Positions 28,640-32,000 of a stretch of 32,000 nt of DNA are shown here, in pieces. The position numbers and the translations under genes are program-made. Numbering within the stretch: position 1 is the stretch's first letter; each line of letters opens with the position of its first letter. A model generated the notes under the pieces. That model was given only the letters and a program-made list of their open reading frames with translations. It was not told the DNA's origin and made no database searches. Source of the DNA: Pseudoalteromonas tetraodonis (GTDB taxonomy: Bacteria > Pseudomonadota > Gammaproteobacteria > Enterobacterales > Alteromonadaceae); contig NZ_CP011042.1 of the NCBI RefSeq assembly GCF_002310835.1, forward strand, positions 390,001-422,000, in the 5' to 3' direction.

Positions 28640-29231
28640 AGATCAGACCTTAGTTCGTTTAGGCCTCGCTAATTTACTTAACCTCGATAACGCCATTAAT
28701 ATAGAAGCCCAAGCTGAAGATGGCTTGCAAGCGCTTGCACTATTAGCTGAGCATAGTTTTGACATTGCTTTACTCGATATGAGAATGCCGAATTTAGATG
28801 GGCTCGGGGTGCTGCAAAAAATGCGCGAGAAGGGTGATAAAACCCCCGTGCTAATCATCACCACATTTGAAGATTGTGATGTATTAGTCAAAGCCCTTAA
28901 TCTAGGTGCTCGTGGATATGTACTTAAAAACATTGAACTTGAAGAACTCATTAGCGCTATCAAGCAGGTCGTTGCAGGTGAGCGAGTATTGCAAAGTGCG
29001 GTGACTGATTTTCTACTCAAAAAGCAACTAAGCCCTCAGCTCTGCTTAACAGGCAAAGAACAAACCGTATTGCAGTGTTTGTCTTTAGGCATGTCGAACA
29101 AAGTGATTGCCAAAAAGTTAGATAACTCTGAGGGGACTATTCGTAATCATGTGTCACAAATCCTTGCTAAATTAGAGGTAAAAGACCGCACTCAGGCCGT
29201 TATAAAAGCCATTAATCACAACCTAATTTAA
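28617..29231 (+). CDS. Response regulator, NarL/FixJ (LuxR-type HTH) family
   Basis: Receiver residues VEDQ...LLDMRMP...IITTF...YVLK. C-terminal GerE HTH LTGKEQTVLQCLSLGMSNKVIAKKLDNSEGTIRNHVSQILAKL. Overlaps the kinase gene by 23 nt. Confidence 0.9.
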   Translation: MIKCLLVEDQTLVRLGLANLLNLDNAINIEAQAEDGLQALALLAEHSFDIALLDMRMPNLDGLGVLQKMREKGDKTPVLIITTFEDCDVLVKALNLGARGYVLKNIELEELISAIKQVVAGERVLQSAVTDFLLKKQLSPQLCLTGKEQTVLQCLSLGMSNKVIAKKLDNSEGTIRNHVSQILAKLEVKDRTQAVIKAINHNLI

Positions 29232-29769
29232 CATGCGAAGAATACCAAATTACTATTTTCGATTAGGCTTAAGTGGTGCAATCAACATAAATAAGAGTAA
29301 ACAAAACCAACTAATATACAAACAGGCGACTATCCATGCGAGCTTTACTAGGCGTTCCACTTTTTGTGACCTAGCAATGAGTATGATTGGCATCACCCAA
29401 ATCTTGATTTCAGACATTAAAGATCTTCAGTCTGCTCATGGCACAAACCAGAAATAGCCTACGCATTAATTCTATATTTATACATTAAGGCTTCTTCAGG
29501 CTTAATGTAATTCATTTTAATCATTCAACTATTTACCTAAATCTAAACCTACTTAAATTTAAGGCGAGACTTTAGTTAATAAATCTCGATTTAAGTGCCA
29601 TACCTCGATTAAAACTCAAACAATTCTCAAGCTGCCGCGAATTCTCAATTTAAGTGGCGCTGGCCAAAAAAAATGCAAAAAAATCAATTTTTATAAAAAA
29701 CCAATTGATAACTATTTTCGTTTAGATTAGTATAAACCTACTAAATGAAATTGAGAGTTGTTTGTATTC

Positions 29770-29964
29770 ATGTATATTTGTCTTTGTCACGGTGTGACCG
29801 ATAAAAAAATTGAGCAAACCATCGACGATGGTGCTACTACCATGCGCGAGCTAACTAAAGAGCTTAAAGTGGGCAGCCAATGCGGTAAGTGTTGTTGTTG
29901 TACTAAAAAGATCCTCAATCGTAAACTGATTCAAATTGCAGATATAACCGATCAAGTGGCTTAA
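29770..29964 (+). CDS. bfd: Bacterioferritin-associated ferredoxin
   Basis: MYICLCHGVTDKKI...GSQCGKCC carries the four Cys of the Bfd [2Fe-2S] motif. The ATG at 29770 is preferred to the tracked TTG at 29758. Confidence 0.85.
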   Translation: MYICLCHGVTDKKIEQTIDDGATTMRELTKELKVGSQCGKCCCCTKKILNRKLIQIADITDQVA

Positions 29965-30024
29965 GAGTAATCTATATAATTACCCCTATCTAAACGAATT
30001 GGTTTAACATTTAAAAATTAAACA

Positions 30025-30054
30025 TAAAAAAAGCAGCCTTAGCTGCTTTTTTTG
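30025..30054. terminator. Bidirectional intrinsic terminator between bfd and bfr
   Basis: AAAAAAAGCAGC-CTTA-GCTGCTTTTTTT. Confidence 0.75.
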
Positions 30055-30070
30055 TATTTATAACTTTAAC

Positions 30071-30535
30071 TTACAGTTGCGATTGTAAGTAGTTTTCAAG
30101 CCCAGTGTTTTTGATCAACAGTTGTTGTGTTTCGAGCCAATCAATTTGTTCTTCTTGCTCATTTAAAATGTTGTCGAGCGCTTCACGGCTAATGTAATCT
30201 TTCTTACTTTCAGCGAGTTTAATGGCAGCACGTAGCTCGTCTACGGTATCAAGTTCAAAGCTCATGTTAGCGGCAATCATTTCTTCGCTGTTTTCGCCTA
30301 TACGTAAACGTCCTAAATCTTGAAGATTAGGTAAGCCTTCTAAAAATAAAATACGCTCAATTAAACGGTCGGCGTTTTTCATTTTTTGTATCGATACTTT
30401 GTAATCAGCTTTGTCTAGTTTACTAAAACCAAAATCTTTAAACATACGTGCATGTAAAAAGTATTGGTTAATACCCACAAGCTCATTAGCAAGTACTTTA
30501 TTTAGTGCTGCAATAACGTCTTTATCGCCTTTCAT
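30071..30535 (-). CDS. bfr: Bacterioferritin subunit, heme-ligand type (Met52 present, ferroxidase ligands substituted)
   Basis: MKGDKDVIAALNKVLANELVGINQYFLHARMF... aligns residue-for-residue with E. coli Bfr as recalled from memory. Positions 51-54 read K-M-K-N where E. coli has E-M-K-H. Confidence 0.9.
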   Translation of the reverse strand: MKGDKDVIAALNKVLANELVGINQYFLHARMFKDFGFSKLDKADYKVSIQKMKNADRLIERILFLEGLPNLQDLGRLRIGENSEEMIAANMSFELDTVDELRAAIKLAESKKDYISREALDNILNEQEEQIDWLETQQLLIKNTGLENYLQSQL

Positions 30536-30546
30536 AATATAAGTCC

Positions 30547-31020
30547 TTATTCGCCCATTTGAGCTTGGTGATAGTTTTGAGTGCCAATTTTGTCAATCAG
30601 ACCCAATTGTTGCTCTAACCAGTAGACGTGATCTTCTTCGGTATCAAATAATAGCTTTTCTAGAATTTCACGTGATTGATAATCTTGCTGTTGTTCACAG
30701 ATGGCAATAACTTCTTTAACACACTCAACCACTTCAAGTTCTAAGGTTAAGTCGTTTTGCATCATGCTTTTTACATCGTCACCAATTAACAGATCACGAC
30801 GTTTGGTCATGTTTGGTACGCCTTCTAAAAAAAGAATACGCTTGATTAGCCAGTCAGCGTGGTCTTTTTCTTCTTCCATTTCATGGTTAAGACGCTCATA
30901 AAGTTTGTTTAAGCCCCAATCATCGTACATACGAGAATGAATAAAATACTGGTCAATAGCAGCTAATTCGTTAGCTAACAATGTATTGAAGGCGTCGATT
31001 ACTTTTTGATTACCTTTCAT
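30547..31020 (-). CDS. bfr: Bacterioferritin subunit, ferroxidase type (Met52 replaced by Lys)
   Basis: MKGNQKVIDAFNTLLANELAAIDQYFIHSRMY... Positions 51-54 read E-K-D-H. EEDH is retained near the C-terminus. Confidence 0.9.
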   Translation of the reverse strand: MKGNQKVIDAFNTLLANELAAIDQYFIHSRMYDDWGLNKLYERLNHEMEEEKDHADWLIKRILFLEGVPNMTKRRDLLIGDDVKSMMQNDLTLELEVVECVKEVIAICEQQQDYQSREILEKLLFDTEEDHVYWLEQQLGLIDKIGTQNYHQAQMGE

Positions 31021-31179
31021 AGCGCTTATCCTAAAAATTCTAATTGTGGCTAGTCTAGTATATAGGCACAGAATTGCAAGTAATTTACTTATAAATCATA
31101 TGGTTAATATTGAGTTTGATTCTTGTTTAAGTTTGCATTGCTGGCTGACAAATGGACAAGTTGTTATTTGTATTTTAGA

Positions 31180-31473
31180 TCAGCAAGTTACATTTTTTAT
31201 AACATAAAAAGGCATACTTACTAAGGTTATTAAGTAAAGTATTGCAGCTATTCTAAGTGTTGAGGTTGTTCTTTTACGCTTTATTACTTCGAATTCTGGG
31301 ATGAATACAGTAAAACTGAAATATTTACACAACTGAGTTTTTTCACTCAATTTATTTTGTAGCCACTCTCGTAATCTAATTATTGCTATTGTAGCGGGGT
31401 GATGTCTTTGCACCCAGCTCACGGCTCTGTAATTAATGAAGTAAGAAAGGCTAAGGAGCAGGGAAGTGGACAT
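31180..31473 (-). CDS. Questionable hypothetical ORF (97 aa)
   Basis: It is the only ORF in a 0.68-kb gap. It has hydrophobic ends, no recognisable RBS and no family. It may be non-coding. Confidence 0.25.
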   Translation of the reverse strand: MSTSLLLSLSYFINYRAVSWVQRHHPATIAIIRLREWLQNKLSEKTQLCKYFSFTVFIPEFEVIKRKRTTSTLRIAAILYLITLVSMPFYVIKNVTC

Positions 31474-31698
31474 TTATTGTTTACACAAATATCCGTGAAA
31501 AAAGCAGATAAAGCTGAAAACTTAATGCTGCCTCTTGCAGCAGCAACTATCAGTACTCTTTAATTTAATTAATTTGTGATAATACTTATCTATCGTATTT
31601 TTGTAGCGGTTTAAATAAAAACCGCTGAGAAGTCTATCTAATATAAGTAAACCTACTTAGAGCTTTAATGTAATCATTTTGGTTATTGAAAACAGTGA

Positions 31699-31998
31699 TT
31701 AGTAACACTCGATTACACAGTGCTCAATTGCAAATTCATCATGTAAATAATGTTTAATGGCGTTAAGCTCAATAAGGGTATCTGTTTGCATCACAATTTC
31801 ACAGTGTGTGGTGTTATCGTCGAGTTGCCATGCTTTTATTGATTTTATTTGAGTAATGGCAAACTGTTGCAGTAACTTTTTACTGATAAGTTGCTGGTCA
31901 AAACCAATGGGGGCTGCCTGCATTAAAATGCTGCAGCTGGCTTTAAGTAATAATACGCCGTGATAAATAACATACAGTGATATCAATATCGTCGCTAT
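31699..31998 (-). CDS. Second CDF-family metal transporter, 3' portion (gene continues past the window end)
   Basis: The frame is open to the window edge (the tracked start is an internal TTG). ...LLLKASCSILMQAAPIGFDQQLISKKL... and the C-terminal domain resemble the CzcD/ZitB TM6 plus cytoplasmic domain. Confidence 0.7.
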   Translation of the reverse strand: MATILISLYVIYHGVLLLKASCSILMQAAPIGFDQQLISKKLLQQFAITQIKSIKAWQLDDNTTHCEIVMQTDTLIELNAIKHYLHDEFAIEHCVIECY

Positions 31999-32000
31999 TA

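Noticed and set aside
29233-29457. 74-aa ORF directly after the response-regulator gene.
   Set aside because: It has no RBS, a basic low-complexity sequence and no family resemblance. I treat the region as non-coding (see the bfd-upstream finding).

Overview
The window looks like chromosomal DNA from a low-GC marine gammaproteobacterium. Gene content and protein sequences resemble Pseudoalteromonas or other Alteromonadales, but that is inference only. Most of the window is ordinary signalling, redox and metal-homeostasis genes. From the left these are a 5'-truncated ahpF, a hybrid sensor kinase, a patatin-like lipase, and a GlxA/AraC regulator divergent from an isochorismatase-family hydrolase. 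Next come a GAF-GGDEF cyclase, a CDF metal exporter, a 1501-aa propeller/Y_Y_Y-PAS-GGDEF-EAL protein and a second cysteine hydrolase. These are followed by two methyl-accepting chemotaxis proteins, a UPF0016/GDT1 exporter behind a recognisable yybP-ykoY Mn2+ riboswitch, and an acyltransferase_3. The right end holds a HisKA_3 kinase with a NarL-type regulator, bfd with two specialised bacterioferritin subunits, and the 3' part of a second CDF gene. The non-ordinary part lies at about 19.5-25.8 kb and is bracketed by two inverted paralogous PH/GRAM-like small genes. It opens with a 1.17-kb spacer that has no ORF and many hairpins. It then holds a visibly AT-rich islet of orphan genes: a secreted 4-Cys protein, two weakly related hypotheticals, and a ribbon-helix-helix protein with a C-terminal membrane anchor. 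The islet also carries an IS3-family element without target duplication that has decapitated a PPC-domain gene, and a repeat-rich 0.58-kb spacer. I could not assign this islet to any known system. It is my best candidate for something undescribed, followed by the MCP (polytopic His-rich sensor) and CxC-protein two-gene module at 14.5-16.5 kb. I saw no CRISPR array, tRNA or rRNA.
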